Source: Candidatus Cloacimonadales bacterium
GTDB lineage: Bacteria; Cloacimonadota; Cloacimonadia; Cloacimonadales; JAFGVF01
Assembly: GCA_963662585.1 (NCBI GenBank)
Contig: OY759729.1
Span: 2,752,001-2,816,000 of the forward strand
DNA: 64,000 nucleotides
Direction of reading: 5' to 3'
In this document: piece by piece, positions 51,777 through 62,287 of the stretch
Numbering within the stretch: position 1 is the first letter of the stretch
Layout of the letters: each line of letters begins with the position of its first letter
Position numbers and translations under genes: made by a program
Notes under the pieces: model-generated
Seen by the model: the letters and a program-made list of their open reading frames with translations, nothing else
Told to the model about the DNA's origin: nothing
The model's database searches: none

Positions 51777-52262
51777 ATGGTATCAGCAAGAAAACAGATT
51801 AAAAATTATATAGATTATGCAGATAAACCTTTTACTTCAGGTATGATAAGAGATGATCTGCAGATTAACTTCATATTAGTAAAGCGAATTATTGCTACTA
51901 TGGTTCAGAGCAAGTACATCAAAGCTGTGAGTAAAACAGGGAAATTTAAGATTTATGTGAAGAATCCTGAGTTTAAAGAAGATAATATCAGGAATAAATA
52001 TGGGTATAATTATCAGACAATAAGTGAAATTATAAAGCTCATAAAACAAGATAATATCAAAAGTTCAAGACAGTTACATAATATAACCAATCATTCAAGA
52101 GGATTAATTAGAAGATATTTAACAGCTCTATTATCAGGTGGTTATATAGCTTTTAATGATAATCATTTTATTGTAACTAAGAAGAGATTAATAAGCGATT
52201 TGGTAGGTAAAGAATATCATGATGGCATTTTAAGTGAATGCAAGAGGAGAAGCAATGACTAA
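51777..52262 (+). CDS. Phage protein, probable tandem winged-helix
   Basis: Two basic wHTH-like segments; operon position after the ATPase. Confidence 0.5.
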   Translation: MVSARKQIKNYIDYADKPFTSGMIRDDLQINFILVKRIIATMVQSKYIKAVSKTGKFKIYVKNPEFKEDNIRNKYGYNYQTISEIIKLIKQDNIKSSRQLHNITNHSRGLIRRYLTALLSGGYIAFNDNHFIVTKKRLISDLVGKEYHDGILSECKRRSND

Positions 52263-52866
52263 GAAAAAGGTATCTTGTAGTGTTTTATACGATGCACAAG
52301 GCAGAGAATATCCAACTAAAATATTGGATAAGCAGATAGTGAAAAGAGATAAGATGGTAACTAAGCTTCTTAAAAAAGCTAAGGCTTTGAATGAGAAGAT
52401 AGCTAAAGAAAAGGCTAAAATGGTGGCTGAGATTGAAGATTACTTAGCTGATACAGCAGAGCAATATGGTGAGAACTGGAAGGGCAATGCTGAGCTACTT
52501 TCCTTTGATGGAAGTTCTAAGATCGAAGTTAAGTATAAGGAGAGAATCCAGTTTACTGAGAAGCTTCAGATAGCTAAGCAGAAGATTGATGACTGTCTGA
52601 TCAGATGGAGTGAGGATTCTAATATTAATCTTCAAGCTGTTATTAGAGAGGCTTTTCAGGTAGATAAGAAAGGCGAAGTTGCTAAAGGTAGAATATTATC
52701 ACTAAGAAAATACAACATCAAAGATAAAGAGTGGAAACTGGCAATGGACCTGATTAATGAAGCTATTGAAGTTACTTCTACAAAGCAGTATATAGCTTTT
52801 TATGAGAGAGAAGATATTAATAAATCGTTTAACCTGATCACCTTAAACTTCAGTTCGATTGAATAG
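52255..52866 (+). CDS. DUF3164 family Mu-like phage protein
   Basis: YDAQGR, KGNAELLSFDG, LQIAKQKIDDCL..WS, AFQVDKKG, W..AMDLI, KQYI.FYER. Confidence 0.8.
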   Translation: MTKKKVSCSVLYDAQGREYPTKILDKQIVKRDKMVTKLLKKAKALNEKIAKEKAKMVAEIEDYLADTAEQYGENWKGNAELLSFDGSSKIEVKYKERIQFTEKLQIAKQKIDDCLIRWSEDSNINLQAVIREAFQVDKKGEVAKGRILSLRKYNIKDKEWKLAMDLINEAIEVTSTKQYIAFYEREDINKSFNLITLNFSSIE

Positions 52867-53122
52867 TTTAAGTTATAAAATGAAAGTTGCTATATCTTTA
52901 TTCAAACTCGGCACTGCGATGTGTTAAAACACACCTTTGCTTGAGTTTGAATAAACCTATTAGCAATCTCTTTTTGTAAAAAGAGACCAAAAACTAAGAA
53001 TAATGAAGTCACAGAAGGGGAATTTATGGCGGAGAGAATCTCCACCTTCCGACTGAAGAGGCAGGAGTTCCCAGTAAGAGTGTTGCAAGAGTGTACAAGC
53101 TGATTTGACAGAGGGAGATAGA

Positions 53123-53338
53123 ATGACCAAAGTAGTATTTGATGATAAGAAATTTTATACACCAACAAGAGTTGCTGAACTATTATCAGTTAACAGATGT
53201 ACTGTTTATAGAATGATTAGAAGTATAGATGAGCCATTGCCAGCTGTAAGGCTTAAAGGTAATGGACAGCTTAGAATAAGTGGATTAGAACTTAATAAGT
53301 ATTTAGAAGAGCATGAGGTTGATCCACTTAATGAATAA
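53123..53338 (+). CDS. Excisionase-like HTH DNA-binding protein
   Basis: YTPTRVAELLSVNRCTVYRMI..LPAVRL..LRI; GGGAG RBS. Confidence 0.75.
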   Translation: MTKVVFDDKKFYTPTRVAELLSVNRCTVYRMIRSIDEPLPAVRLKGNGQLRISGLELNKYLEEHEVDPLNE

Positions 53339-53476
53339 GAGTGGAAGTGAAAAATTGAGGTATCGCTTTGCGATGATATTTGAAGTGCGGACAGGATGTC
53401 CACATTCCCAGTTAATAGAAGAACCACCCCCTGTGTCCCCCTCGCTGAGGGGGATGAAGAGGATTTAGGAGAAATT

Positions 53477-53863
53477 ATGACAGAGAAACAGGCTAAGTAT
53501 GCTAAACAATTAAGAAGTCAGATAGTTATTTATGCTAAAAGAGACTTGGGTATGGAGGTTGAAGAATTGCATGATATAATGGCTAATATAGGATATGGGA
53601 ATTCATTACGCAAGCTTAGCCTTTCCTCTTTGATAAACTTAAAGAAATTATTGCAGGGAGAAGAGCTTACTCATGACTATATCAAGTTTGATCAGCAAGA
53701 TAAAATGATCTATGCTAAGTGCCTTAGATTAGGTATTAAGATGGTTAACTTGAATAATTTTATTAGCCATAAATGGGGTAAGTCAAACCTTAAATACATG
53801 ACTTCCAAAGAGAAGGGAGGCTTGATTAAGGTGCTTGAACATTATGAGAAGGAAAGGCTGTAG
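53477..53863 (+). CDS. GemA/gp16 (DUF1018)-like protein
   Basis: AKRDLGM, SLRKLS..L..L, NLKYMT..E..LIKVL pattern; typical Mu-like position. Confidence 0.55.
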   Translation: MTEKQAKYAKQLRSQIVIYAKRDLGMEVEELHDIMANIGYGNSLRKLSLSSLINLKKLLQGEELTHDYIKFDQQDKMIYAKCLRLGIKMVNLNNFISHKWGKSNLKYMTSKEKGGLIKVLEHYEKERL

Positions 53864-53971
53864 GGAGTGAAAAAAAACCTTAACACAGAGTTACACAGAG
53901 GTGAAGAGGAGTTTCACAGAGTTTTTTAAGAAGATGCCTGCAGGGATGCAGGCGTTCCCAGTGGAGGTTAA

Positions 53972-54427
53972 ATGAATAGTAGGGATTACAGGGAGAAAAG
54001 AGAGTTAGCTAAGCAGTTGTATCTTAAGGGTGAAACTGAGGTTGTTAAGCTTGCTAAAACATTTAGTGTTAGTGAGAATACTATCAGGAACTGGATTAAG
54101 AAGTATGACTGGAAAAGCGAATTAGATGAGATTACAAGTTTAGAAGATAATATTAAACTAGCTATTAAAAAAGCATTAATCAAGGCTTTAAATGAGTATT
54201 CTAGGTCTCCACAAGATACTGCTCTGCAGTCTTTAGTTTCATTACTAAGGCAGTATAAGAAGGAGTTTGAACCTAACAGAGATTTTGTAGAATACCTGAA
54301 GAAGTTCTTAGATTGGTTAGTAGATTTCTTTTTGATTAAAGATGAGAATATTGCTAAAGCTATTCAGAGTGAGATTTTAGGTGATGGTGGGATAATTGAG
54401 TATTTTAGGGAGAGGGCAAGCTCTTGA
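53972..54427 (+). CDS. HTH protein, probable terminase small subunit (DUF1804-like)
   Basis: AKQLYLKG..LAKTFSVSENTIRNWIKKYDW; directly upstream of the large terminase. Confidence 0.65.
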   Translation: MNSRDYREKRELAKQLYLKGETEVVKLAKTFSVSENTIRNWIKKYDWKSELDEITSLEDNIKLAIKKALIKALNEYSRSPQDTALQSLVSLLRQYKKEFEPNRDFVEYLKKFLDWLVDFFLIKDENIAKAIQSEILGDGGIIEYFRERASS

Positions 54428-54550
54428 GAATTGAGAATTGAGAATTGAGATAAAAACCACCCCGTCAGTGAAATACACTGCCACCCCTCCACAGAGAGGA
54501 ATTGTAAGATGCCTGCAGGGATGCAGGCGTTCCCAGTATAAGGAGATTAG

Positions 54551-56104
54551 ATGATTAAGATAACACAAAAAGATAATAAGAAGTTTGTAGAGATTGCTGA
54601 GAAAAGGGCTACTATAAGACCCTTCAGGGATAACAGTGAAAGAGATATTCGTAAGAGAATTGCTAAGATCAAAGGAGAAGGTTGGAAGGCTTTTTCTTAT
54701 TTTTGTTATGAGTACTTCCCTCATATCTTCCAATTAGCATTCTCTCAAGGGCATAAGGAAGCTTTTGATTATGTAGAAAAATATGATGGAATTAATGCTG
54801 TTTCAGGTTATAGAGGTATGGGTAAAACTGTTGAATTAGGTATTGTTTACCCTATATGGAAGCTGATTAAAGGTGAAAGCTATGTAATACATGTAGCTTC
54901 TGATGAAGAGCTTGCTACTGAAAGAACAGCTTTCACCTATAATGAGCTGTCTCAAAATACCAGGCTGATGAATGACTTCCCTGAACTCATGCCAATTGAT
55001 AGTGATGAGAGTGATTTCTTTCTTAAAAATAAAGCAAGAATAAGAGCTAGAGGTATTAAGCAATCTATCAGAGGTACTATAAACCCTAGAACTGCTAAAA
55101 GACCAGGCATTATTATCTCTGATGATATTGATAAAGAAGATAATATTGGAAATCAGACTATTGGCAGAAGAAAGATGTCTAAGATCATCAAAGAATGTGG
55201 TGGTGCTTTAGATCCTTCAGGTGGTAAGGTGATCTGGCTTGGTAACCTGGTGCATCCTAATTATGCAATCTGTCAGTTTGAAGAGCTGATCAAAGATGAA
55301 ATTAAAGCTTCAGATGATTACCAGGAAACAGACTTCGATGTTTATAATATTCAGCATCTCTTTGGTGATGATAAGTTTTTGCTTAGATTCCCTGTTGAAG
55401 ATAAAGATGGAAATTCTGTCTGGGAAGACCAATATCCTACAAGTAGCTTGCCAAATCTTAAAAAGAAGTTTGGATTAACTGGCTATCTTCAGGAGTTTAT
55501 TGGTAAATCAGTGATTGAAGGAAATATGTTTAAATACCACTGGTTTAAGAAATGGAAGGTGTTACCTAAAAAGTTTAGAAGAGTCTGGTTGTATGCGGAC
55601 CCTGCTTGGGGCAAAAAGGGCTGTTTTAAGGCGATAATCTCCATAGGCTATGATGGATACCACTTTTATGTTATTCACTGCTGGATAAGGCAAACTGAGA
55701 ACTCAAAGTTCTTTAAATACTATTATGATGCCTTCAATGAGCTAAATAGGAAGTATGGAGCTAAATTTAGAGCTTCCATGGAAACTGTCTTTGGTCAAGA
55801 TAGAATAATAGCTGATATGGATAAATGGCTAAAAGAAAATAACTACCCTACAATTGGTTATAGAATAAAGAAAATCAATACCCAAGAGAATAAGAACCTG
55901 CGTATTGAAAGATCTGATACTACTATTGAAACAGGTAAAATCTTATTCCCTGATGGTCAAGATACTCCTACGCTGATTAGCCAGTATTGTACTTATCCAG
56001 ATGGCTATGTGGATGGACCTGATGCTACTGTTGGTTGCTTGGAGAGGTTTGGAGAGTATGATTTGGGAAGAGGTAGGGTTAGGGTGAGGAGTTTTAGGAA
56101 TTAA
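54551..56104 (+). CDS. Terminase large subunit
   Basis: YRGMGKT, SIRG, RPGIIISDDID, YADPAWG, DGPDA. Confidence 0.8.
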   Translation: MIKITQKDNKKFVEIAEKRATIRPFRDNSERDIRKRIAKIKGEGWKAFSYFCYEYFPHIFQLAFSQGHKEAFDYVEKYDGINAVSGYRGMGKTVELGIVYPIWKLIKGESYVIHVASDEELATERTAFTYNELSQNTRLMNDFPELMPIDSDESDFFLKNKARIRARGIKQSIRGTINPRTAKRPGIIISDDIDKEDNIGNQTIGRRKMSKIIKECGGALDPSGGKVIWLGNLVHPNYAICQFEELIKDEIKASDDYQETDFDVYNIQHLFGDDKFLLRFPVEDKDGNSVWEDQYPTSSLPNLKKKFGLTGYLQEFIGKSVIEGNMFKYHWFKKWKVLPKKFRRVWLYADPAWGKKGCFKAIISIGYDGYHFYVIHCWIRQTENSKFFKYYYDAFNELNRKYGAKFRASMETVFGQDRIIADMDKWLKENNYPTIGYRIKKINTQENKNLRIERSDTTIETGKILFPDGQDTPTLISQYCTYPDGYVDGPDATVGCLERFGEYDLGRGRVRVRSFRN

Positions 56105-56410
56105 GGCTTTCACCACTAAGGCACAAAGACACTAAGAAGAAGATATTAAGCCACGGATAACACAGAAAAACAGGGATAAGAAAAGACCCTTAACACAGGT
56201 GTCTTCGCTAAAGCTACGCCAACCCAGGGAGTTACACAGGAGTCTTCGCTAAAGCTTCGCCTTCCCACAGGAGGTTAAGAGGAGTTTCACAGAGTTTTTA
56301 AGAGAGGAAGATAGAAACTAAGTTGAAGCTGATTGATAGAGATAAGAAAAAAGATTGACTAAAGATAATGGATATTGATTGTTAGGGAAATAAGGAAAGG
56401 GAAGGTTTTT

Positions 56411-56968
56411 ATGAAAGAATATTTTTTAACAAATTTAATAGAATTTATAAACTTATTTGTTAGTTTAGTTATTACTGGTTTAGGTATATGGGGTAGTTTC
56501 TGGTTAAAAAAACGAGATAAGAAATACAATGAGAATTTAGAAGAGTTTAAGAATAATCTAATGAAAAAAAATAGAATTTTTGAAGATAAATATACTAAAG
56601 ATAAAGAGCTTATCAAACAGATTTATCTTGGGAGAAATTTAATAATAGAATTATACAATTCGTATAAGTTCAATCCAATTGATATTTATCATAACACCGA
56701 AGAAAGGGACAGTCCCCTTATGAACACCATGATACAAGTTATACAAATCGTTGATAGAATAGAGATTGATAGAAATTTTTATGAGCAGACCTTATATGAT
56801 TTAGCAATTATAATTCTTAAAGAATATAAAAATGTAATTGAAAAACTGATTCAAGCTCAAGGATACCCAAACATGATTTATGACAAAGTTGAAATAAATA
56901 CACTACAAGATCTTATAATTTTATTCGATTCTGAATTTAAAAAACATTATAGCTATAATAATCAATAG
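56411..56968 (+). CDS. AT-rich hypothetical membrane-anchored protein (moron-like)
   Basis: N-terminal TM helix; more AT-rich than neighbours; sits between terL and MuF. Confidence 0.55.
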   Translation: MKEYFLTNLIEFINLFVSLVITGLGIWGSFWLKKRDKKYNENLEEFKNNLMKKNRIFEDKYTKDKELIKQIYLGRNLIIELYNSYKFNPIDIYHNTEERDSPLMNTMIQVIQIVDRIEIDRNFYEQTLYDLAIIILKEYKNVIEKLIQAQGYPNMIYDKVEINTLQDLIILFDSEFKKHYSYNNQ

Positions 56969-56976
56969 GGAATAAC

Positions 56977-57849
56977 ATGAACCACTTTGATAAAATGATG
57001 TATGAGTATTACATGGTATTGAATAATGCCTGGAGGGGGCAGATAAAGGTATCTGCTAAGCAGGCTATTCAGATGCTGAGTGATTTGCCAAAGCATGAGA
57101 GGCTTAAAGATAGTCATATAGACGATATTGTGCAGGTAGTAGCATCTAATATGGGAGAAGAGTTTGCTTCGCTTGTAAGGCAGGAAACAAAGGCTTTTAC
57201 CACTAAATCTATGCGACTAGGTATTAATGATGCTGTTAAAGATGTTAAGTCTAATATTTCAGTAGGGCTGTTTGGGATTAGACAGCAGAAGTTAGAGACT
57301 CAGATCAATAAACAGAACCTCTTCTGGATTGGTAATAAGTTTGGCACTGATATGGAAGCAGGCTTTAAGAAAAGCTTGGTAGAAGCTGTTTCATCAGGCT
57401 ATACTAAAGAGATGCTTGCTAATAAACTTCAGGAGCAATTTCAACACCTGGGTAAGCAATCAACTGTTTATTGGCAAGGTTTAGCTGAACATACTGGGCT
57501 AAGGATTAGAGAGTTTGGAAGATTAGAAGGCTATAAGAAAGCTGGTGCCAGAGGTTATAGATTATTAGTTATCCTGGATGATAGAACTTCAGAGATATGC
57601 CAGGCTTTAGCAGCTGAAGATAGAATCTACCCACTTGATGAAGCTATTGATACTATGGAGAGCTTGCTTAATATTGATACCACTAAATCTGAATTAGCTG
57701 AAGTAAAGGAGCAAACTAAAAAGCTTGCTCCCTGGGTTTCTGAAAAACAAATCAGATATGAAAATGATAAGCCTGTAGGAGTTAATGGGGACCATACTCC
57801 CTTTCCACCGTTTCACTGGAAGTGTAGGACTACTACGAGGGTGGTTTAA
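56977..57849 (+). CDS. Phage minor head protein (Mu gpF / SPP1 gp7 family)
   Basis: ILDDRTSEIC..L and PPFHWKCRT motifs. Confidence 0.85.
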   Translation: MNHFDKMMYEYYMVLNNAWRGQIKVSAKQAIQMLSDLPKHERLKDSHIDDIVQVVASNMGEEFASLVRQETKAFTTKSMRLGINDAVKDVKSNISVGLFGIRQQKLETQINKQNLFWIGNKFGTDMEAGFKKSLVEAVSSGYTKEMLANKLQEQFQHLGKQSTVYWQGLAEHTGLRIREFGRLEGYKKAGARGYRLLVILDDRTSEICQALAAEDRIYPLDEAIDTMESLLNIDTTKSELAEVKEQTKKLAPWVSEKQIRYENDKPVGVNGDHTPFPPFHWKCRTTTRVV

Positions 57850-58907
57850 ATAAACTTAAATCTCATATTTAAATTATAACTATCTATATTTACATCTTTT
57901 ATTAGTTTTATGAATTGCTTATCTAAAGATAATAATAAGTAGTTGTCTGCACAGATTGTATTAAATATAACTAAGTCATTAATATCATTCTTGTTAACTT
58001 TCGTTCCTTTTTTTATGAAGGTTTCTAATCTGAGTTTTAGAAATTTAATAGCTTCTTTTGGCATATGATGCTCTAATCTTATTCTTTCTTCAAATGTATT
58101 TAAAAATTCTTCTTTGACTTGATCATATTCTTTCGATTTGAAAATTTTATTGATATTTTTTTCTTTTTGAATCTTATACCAAAGTCTATTCTCCTTTGTA
58201 TCATTATTTATGTAACTCAATATTATACCTTTTCCATAAAAGTCATTTATAGAATTTTTATCATTAAAAGTATAACTTGCAATATAAAAAGTAATAAACC
58301 AAATACTCAAACATGATGTTAGTAATAGATTAAAATCCTGCTCGAACATTCTATCTGTATTACTATTTTTTTGTCCTATTTGTAGTGTATTTTTAAAAAC
58401 AGTTTCAAATAAACCTAAGTTATCCATTAACATCTTCTCTAAAAGAGTACTATGACTTTCGTGTTGTTTTACAGATTTGTTAGAATCATAAATAATCATG
58501 GATAAAATTTCCATATAACTCATAACTATTGATAAAAGAATTGCAACTGTTAGATCAGATTCTGAAGCATGTTTCGTGTTAATAAACTCGTTAACTTGAG
58601 TTTCATTATAAGACATATTTATCAAGTTGTCGATATCTATTTGCTTCAAGGGAAAGTAATGAGAACTTATAATCTCAATATTATTATCTCTTAGATAACA
58701 TAACTGTCTAGAAATCTCATCCATCGTTGATATATCACTATCACTTTGAACCCTGGATATCATTTCATACAATGACACAGAAGTTATTGATAACTGGTAA
58801 TTTTTTAAAATTGTGTTTTTATCAGAATCTGTAATCATTATATTCTTCTTATATCCATTAAAATGATAGAATATATTCGTATCTATAATAACTTTTGGTT
58901 TATCCAT
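57846..58907 (-). CDS. PIN-like domain protein (prophage cargo)
   Basis: VIIDTNIF, SLYEM, KNDINDLVI and LLSLDK give a PIN-like acidic set split by a large helical insert. Confidence 0.6.
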   Translation of the reverse strand: MDKPKVIIDTNIFYHFNGYKKNIMITDSDKNTILKNYQLSITSVSLYEMISRVQSDSDISTMDEISRQLCYLRDNNIEIISSHYFPLKQIDIDNLINMSYNETQVNEFINTKHASESDLTVAILLSIVMSYMEILSMIIYDSNKSVKQHESHSTLLEKMLMDNLGLFETVFKNTLQIGQKNSNTDRMFEQDFNLLLTSCLSIWFITFYIASYTFNDKNSINDFYGKGIILSYINNDTKENRLWYKIQKEKNINKIFKSKEYDQVKEEFLNTFEERIRLEHHMPKEAIKFLKLRLETFIKKGTKVNKNDINDLVIFNTICADNYLLLSLDKQFIKLIKDVNIDSYNLNMRFKFI

Positions 58908-59023
58908 TTTGAAGTCTCCTTGTAGGGTTTTATAGAATTATAAGTAATAATTCAAAAAAATAATCTCTGGATAGCTTTTTAACTTAGAAAATTCAGTTAG
59001 TAAATGCCTGTAAGCTAACTATT

Positions 59024-59151
59024 AAACTTGCTCAGGGTTTTCTGAAAAACAAATCAGATATGAAAATGAAAAGCCTGTAGGTGTTAATGGGGACCATACA
59101 CCATTTCCACCGTTTCATTGGAAGTATAGGACTACGACGGTGGTGGTGTAA
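59024..59151 (+). repeat. Diverged duplicate of the MuF 3' end (57721-57849)
   Basis: TCTGAAAAACAAATCAGATATGAAAATGA..GTTAATGGGGACCATAC..TTTCCACCGTTTCA.TGGAAGT.TAGGACTAC shared by both copies. Confidence 0.9.
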
Positions 59152-59160
59152 TCATTGTTA

Positions 59161-59607
59161 TTAATCTTTTTTAATCTTTAAAAAAGCTTGTTTTAAATGT
59201 TTATACTTGTTTCTCTTATCATCAGAGACAATAGTCAATACATTTTCATCCTGACTGGCTTGTTTGATTAACTCTGAAAAATTAGTCTCAAAACTATCTT
59301 TATCAATTATTCCATCATTGTATTTCTGACACGCATAGTCAAGTCTATTTAAATATGATTCCATGACTTCATTAATCTGACCTTGATAAATCTTCTTTTG
59401 ATCATCAGTTAGCTCTCCCATTTTAACAAAATCAGCTGTAATAGAAGTAAATCTTTCTCTTTGTTTATTGATATCATTAAGAAGATCTTTCTCTAAATTA
59501 GTTCCTCCCATTTTTTTGTTATATCTATCCATGGAATAATTTCTGTAAATATTATATAGAGAAATTAATAAAGCACAACTAGCTAAAATGCAGTTAAAGA
59601 TTTCCAT
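59161..59607 (-). CDS. Hypothetical protein with N-terminal TM helix
   Basis: AAGGAG before ATG 59607; ILASCALLISLYNIY TM segment. Confidence 0.6.
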   Translation of the reverse strand: MEIFNCILASCALLISLYNIYRNYSMDRYNKKMGGTNLEKDLLNDINKQRERFTSITADFVKMGELTDDQKKIYQGQINEVMESYLNRLDYACQKYNDGIIDKDSFETNFSELIKQASQDENVLTIVSDDKRNKYKHLKQAFLKIKKD

Positions 59608-59947
59608 TACTATCTCCTTGTTTAGAGTTATCATTGTTATTGAGAGTTTCAACTTCATTTTGTATGATTTCTATTGCTGGTTTTAAGTACTCCATTGTTG
59701 CACTAACTGAGCTTAAAAAGTACTCACTCTCTTGAGCTTCTTTTATAAAAATAGGTTGTTTGATATTCTCTAATACTTTCTGAAGTACTTCAGATTTGAA
59801 TTCTTTTGATAAAGGTTTTGAGTTAGATTTGTAGCTTAACGAATTTAGTTCATCAATAATTCTAATTGTTTCATTTTTTACTTGTTTACCATCAGATATG
59901 CCAATCAATCTGTTTGAATATGATTTAATCAGATCTTGTTTAGTCAT
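59594..59947 (-). CDS. Hypothetical protein
   Basis: AAGGAG RBS; overlaps the next gene. Confidence 0.55.
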   Translation of the reverse strand: MTKQDLIKSYSNRLIGISDGKQVKNETIRIIDELNSLSYKSNSKPLSKEFKSEVLQKVLENIKQPIFIKEAQESEYFLSSVSATMEYLKPAIEIIQNEVETLNNNDNSKQGDSNGNL

Positions 59948-60048
59948 TTTAACTCCTTATATATAATTTTTTATTTGTCGTTCATTTTTATATGAATAAA
60001 TATAATATTTTTTAGGATATTATTTACTATCTATCAGTAAGTATACAT

Positions 60049-61989
60049 TTAAGATTTATCCTTGGGTAACAAAGTGGAAAGCCAATCACTCCCTTTGCTT
60101 CTCTCAGGGGCAGTTGGCCCTAATTCCTTTATGAATTGAGATGCCTGAGCTCTTCCCTTAAAAGAATTGATTTTTAAGTTAGATGAATCGGCATAACTTA
60201 TCCTGCTAATATAGGATAAAACTAAAATTTCTTTAGTCCTAGTTAAAGCTACATAAAATAATCTTCTTTGTTCTTGTAAATGCTTCTCTTGATTTGCTTC
60301 TTTGTCTTCTTCGCTAGGTAATATTCCTTGATTACAGGAACAAATGATTACAACTTTACTACTTAATCCCTTTGACTTATGAATAGTCATAATTTTAACA
60401 TACGGTGAAGATTCTGATGGATCAGTTTGATTTGTATACTTTATTATTGAATTGAAAATTTCTGGAATCGAATTAACTTCTTCAGGCTTGATGACTTTTC
60501 TTAAATCAAAAGACCAATCGCTATCATTTGGAAAAAGTCTGTCAAAAACAGCAAATGGTTCCATGACTCTGAGAGTATTTAATTCTTCTAAAAGAATATT
60601 AAAAATCGGTAACAAGTGTTTAGTAACTTGTTTATCAACTAATTCTTCATTTTTTATTTTTAATAAGGCTTGCCATGGGGATAGATTATTTTTAATACAA
60701 AGCTCTTTTAAATGTCTATATTTATTTGATCTATAATTAGCATTTCCAAATCCTAATAGAAATCTAAGAGAAACTCTATCCTCAATGTTTACTAATAAAG
60801 ATAATTTCGCTATACTGACCTGAAATTCTGTATTACTAAAAATATCATTTGTAAAATATCCCTGCGACAAAATATTTCTTTCATGTAATTTGTTACCTAT
60901 CAAAACTCCATTACGTTTTCTAGGAACAAGTATAAGAATATCCTTCGGGTCAATCTCTTTTTGTTGAATTAAGTATTCACAATATATTGATATTCCATCT
61001 GCTTCATCTTCAAAATCAGACCATTGAATTATTGAGACTTCTCCCTCCACATTACTCTGGTCAGATAATAAAACAGGGGTGTTTGGATTTAAACGGTTGT
61101 ATTGAATTAATTTATTAGCCATTTCAACTACAAACTTTGGACATCTTCTACAAGTATTTAATGGAATATCTACTGTATTTTGATGGTTTAATGAAAACTG
61201 AGCAATACCCTCTGGATGAGCAAACTTAAAGCTATAGATTGATTGATCAGAATCTCCTACAATAATCAGATTACTATCTTTCGCTAGACGATCTATCAAT
61301 GATTGTTCAGCTTTATTTAAATCTTGATATTCATCAACTAAAATATAGTAATTTGAATTAAAAGTATTTCCCTCAGGATTATCCCTCAAGTAGTCTATAT
61401 ACAAGGAGATAACTTCACCAATAATCATTGCTTCATGGAATGTAAGCCATTCAGTTATCAATCTATTAAAGACTCTATCTATTTCGTTTTCTGGCCATCC
61501 TGGCACATGATGCTGTAGTGTTGCCCATGATGCTTCAAATTCCTTAAGTTTTTTAAGCGTTTTTGTTATTTTATAATTATATTCTTTAGGAATCAATTCA
61601 ATCAAATCATAGACTAATGGTGCGAATTCAAATTTGTCTTTGATTTTCGAATTTCCTAGTAAGAGACGAGGTTTTCGGTTATTAAACTCAAAAACTGAGT
61701 TTGAAGTAAGCATTTTAAAAGAAAATGAATGTAAAGTTGTAGAATTAATTTGTTCTGCTCCTTCTACTTGAATTTTACTCAATTCGCATTTAAAATCTTG
61801 AGCAGCATTTCTTGTAAATGTTACTGCCAAAATTTTATCAGGTTGAACCCCTTCCTCCAACAATTTTTGAACTCTTTTTCTTAAAGCATAACTTTTACCA
61901 GTACCAGGGCCTGCCATAACCCTAATTAATTTATCTTCAGATGAAGCAATATCTCTTGAAGGACCAATTAAGCCATCATCCCAACTCAT
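60049..61989 (-). CDS. UvrD/Rep-family SF1 helicase (prophage cargo)
   Basis: AGPGTGKS, VTFTRNAA, TLHSF, LVDEYQD, VGDSDQSIYSF, MTIHKSKGL, RRLFYVALTR. Confidence 0.9.
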   Translation of the reverse strand: MSWDDGLIGPSRDIASSEDKLIRVMAGPGTGKSYALRKRVQKLLEEGVQPDKILAVTFTRNAAQDFKCELSKIQVEGAEQINSTTLHSFSFKMLTSNSVFEFNNRKPRLLLGNSKIKDKFEFAPLVYDLIELIPKEYNYKITKTLKKLKEFEASWATLQHHVPGWPENEIDRVFNRLITEWLTFHEAMIIGEVISLYIDYLRDNPEGNTFNSNYYILVDEYQDLNKAEQSLIDRLAKDSNLIIVGDSDQSIYSFKFAHPEGIAQFSLNHQNTVDIPLNTCRRCPKFVVEMANKLIQYNRLNPNTPVLLSDQSNVEGEVSIIQWSDFEDEADGISIYCEYLIQQKEIDPKDILILVPRKRNGVLIGNKLHERNILSQGYFTNDIFSNTEFQVSIAKLSLLVNIEDRVSLRFLLGFGNANYRSNKYRHLKELCIKNNLSPWQALLKIKNEELVDKQVTKHLLPIFNILLEELNTLRVMEPFAVFDRLFPNDSDWSFDLRKVIKPEEVNSIPEIFNSIIKYTNQTDPSESSPYVKIMTIHKSKGLSSKVVIICSCNQGILPSEEDKEANQEKHLQEQRRLFYVALTRTKEILVLSYISRISYADSSNLKINSFKGRAQASQFIKELGPTAPERSKGSDWLSTLLPKDKS

Positions 61990-62287
61990 GTTAAACTCCT
62001 TTTAAAATTCTTAAACACTTTACTTACAAGATTATAATCATATTATCAGAGATCTTGTCAAATTAAATTATTTAAATATCAAAAAAAAACTGTCGCACCC
62101 ATTAGCAAGCGTATTTGCCAACAATTTAATCTCTTTTAATATGCGTTATGAGTAAAGATTAATGAAATTAAAAGTTAAAAATTAAGAATGATAAATTGCG
62201 GTATTGCTTCGCAATAATATTGAATACCACCCCGTCTCGGAAATACCGAGGCACCCCTCCACAGAGGGGAACTAAAGAGAGGCTAAA

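Noticed and set aside
57721..59151. Diversity-generating retroelement VR/TR pair
   Set aside because: Differences are not restricted to adenines in either copy, and no reverse transcriptase is present in the window.
62130..62157. dif-like site (ATCTCTTTTAA-TATGCG-TTATGAGTAAA)
   Set aside because: Only partial arm similarity in AT-rich DNA; the left arm lacks the ATAA core.
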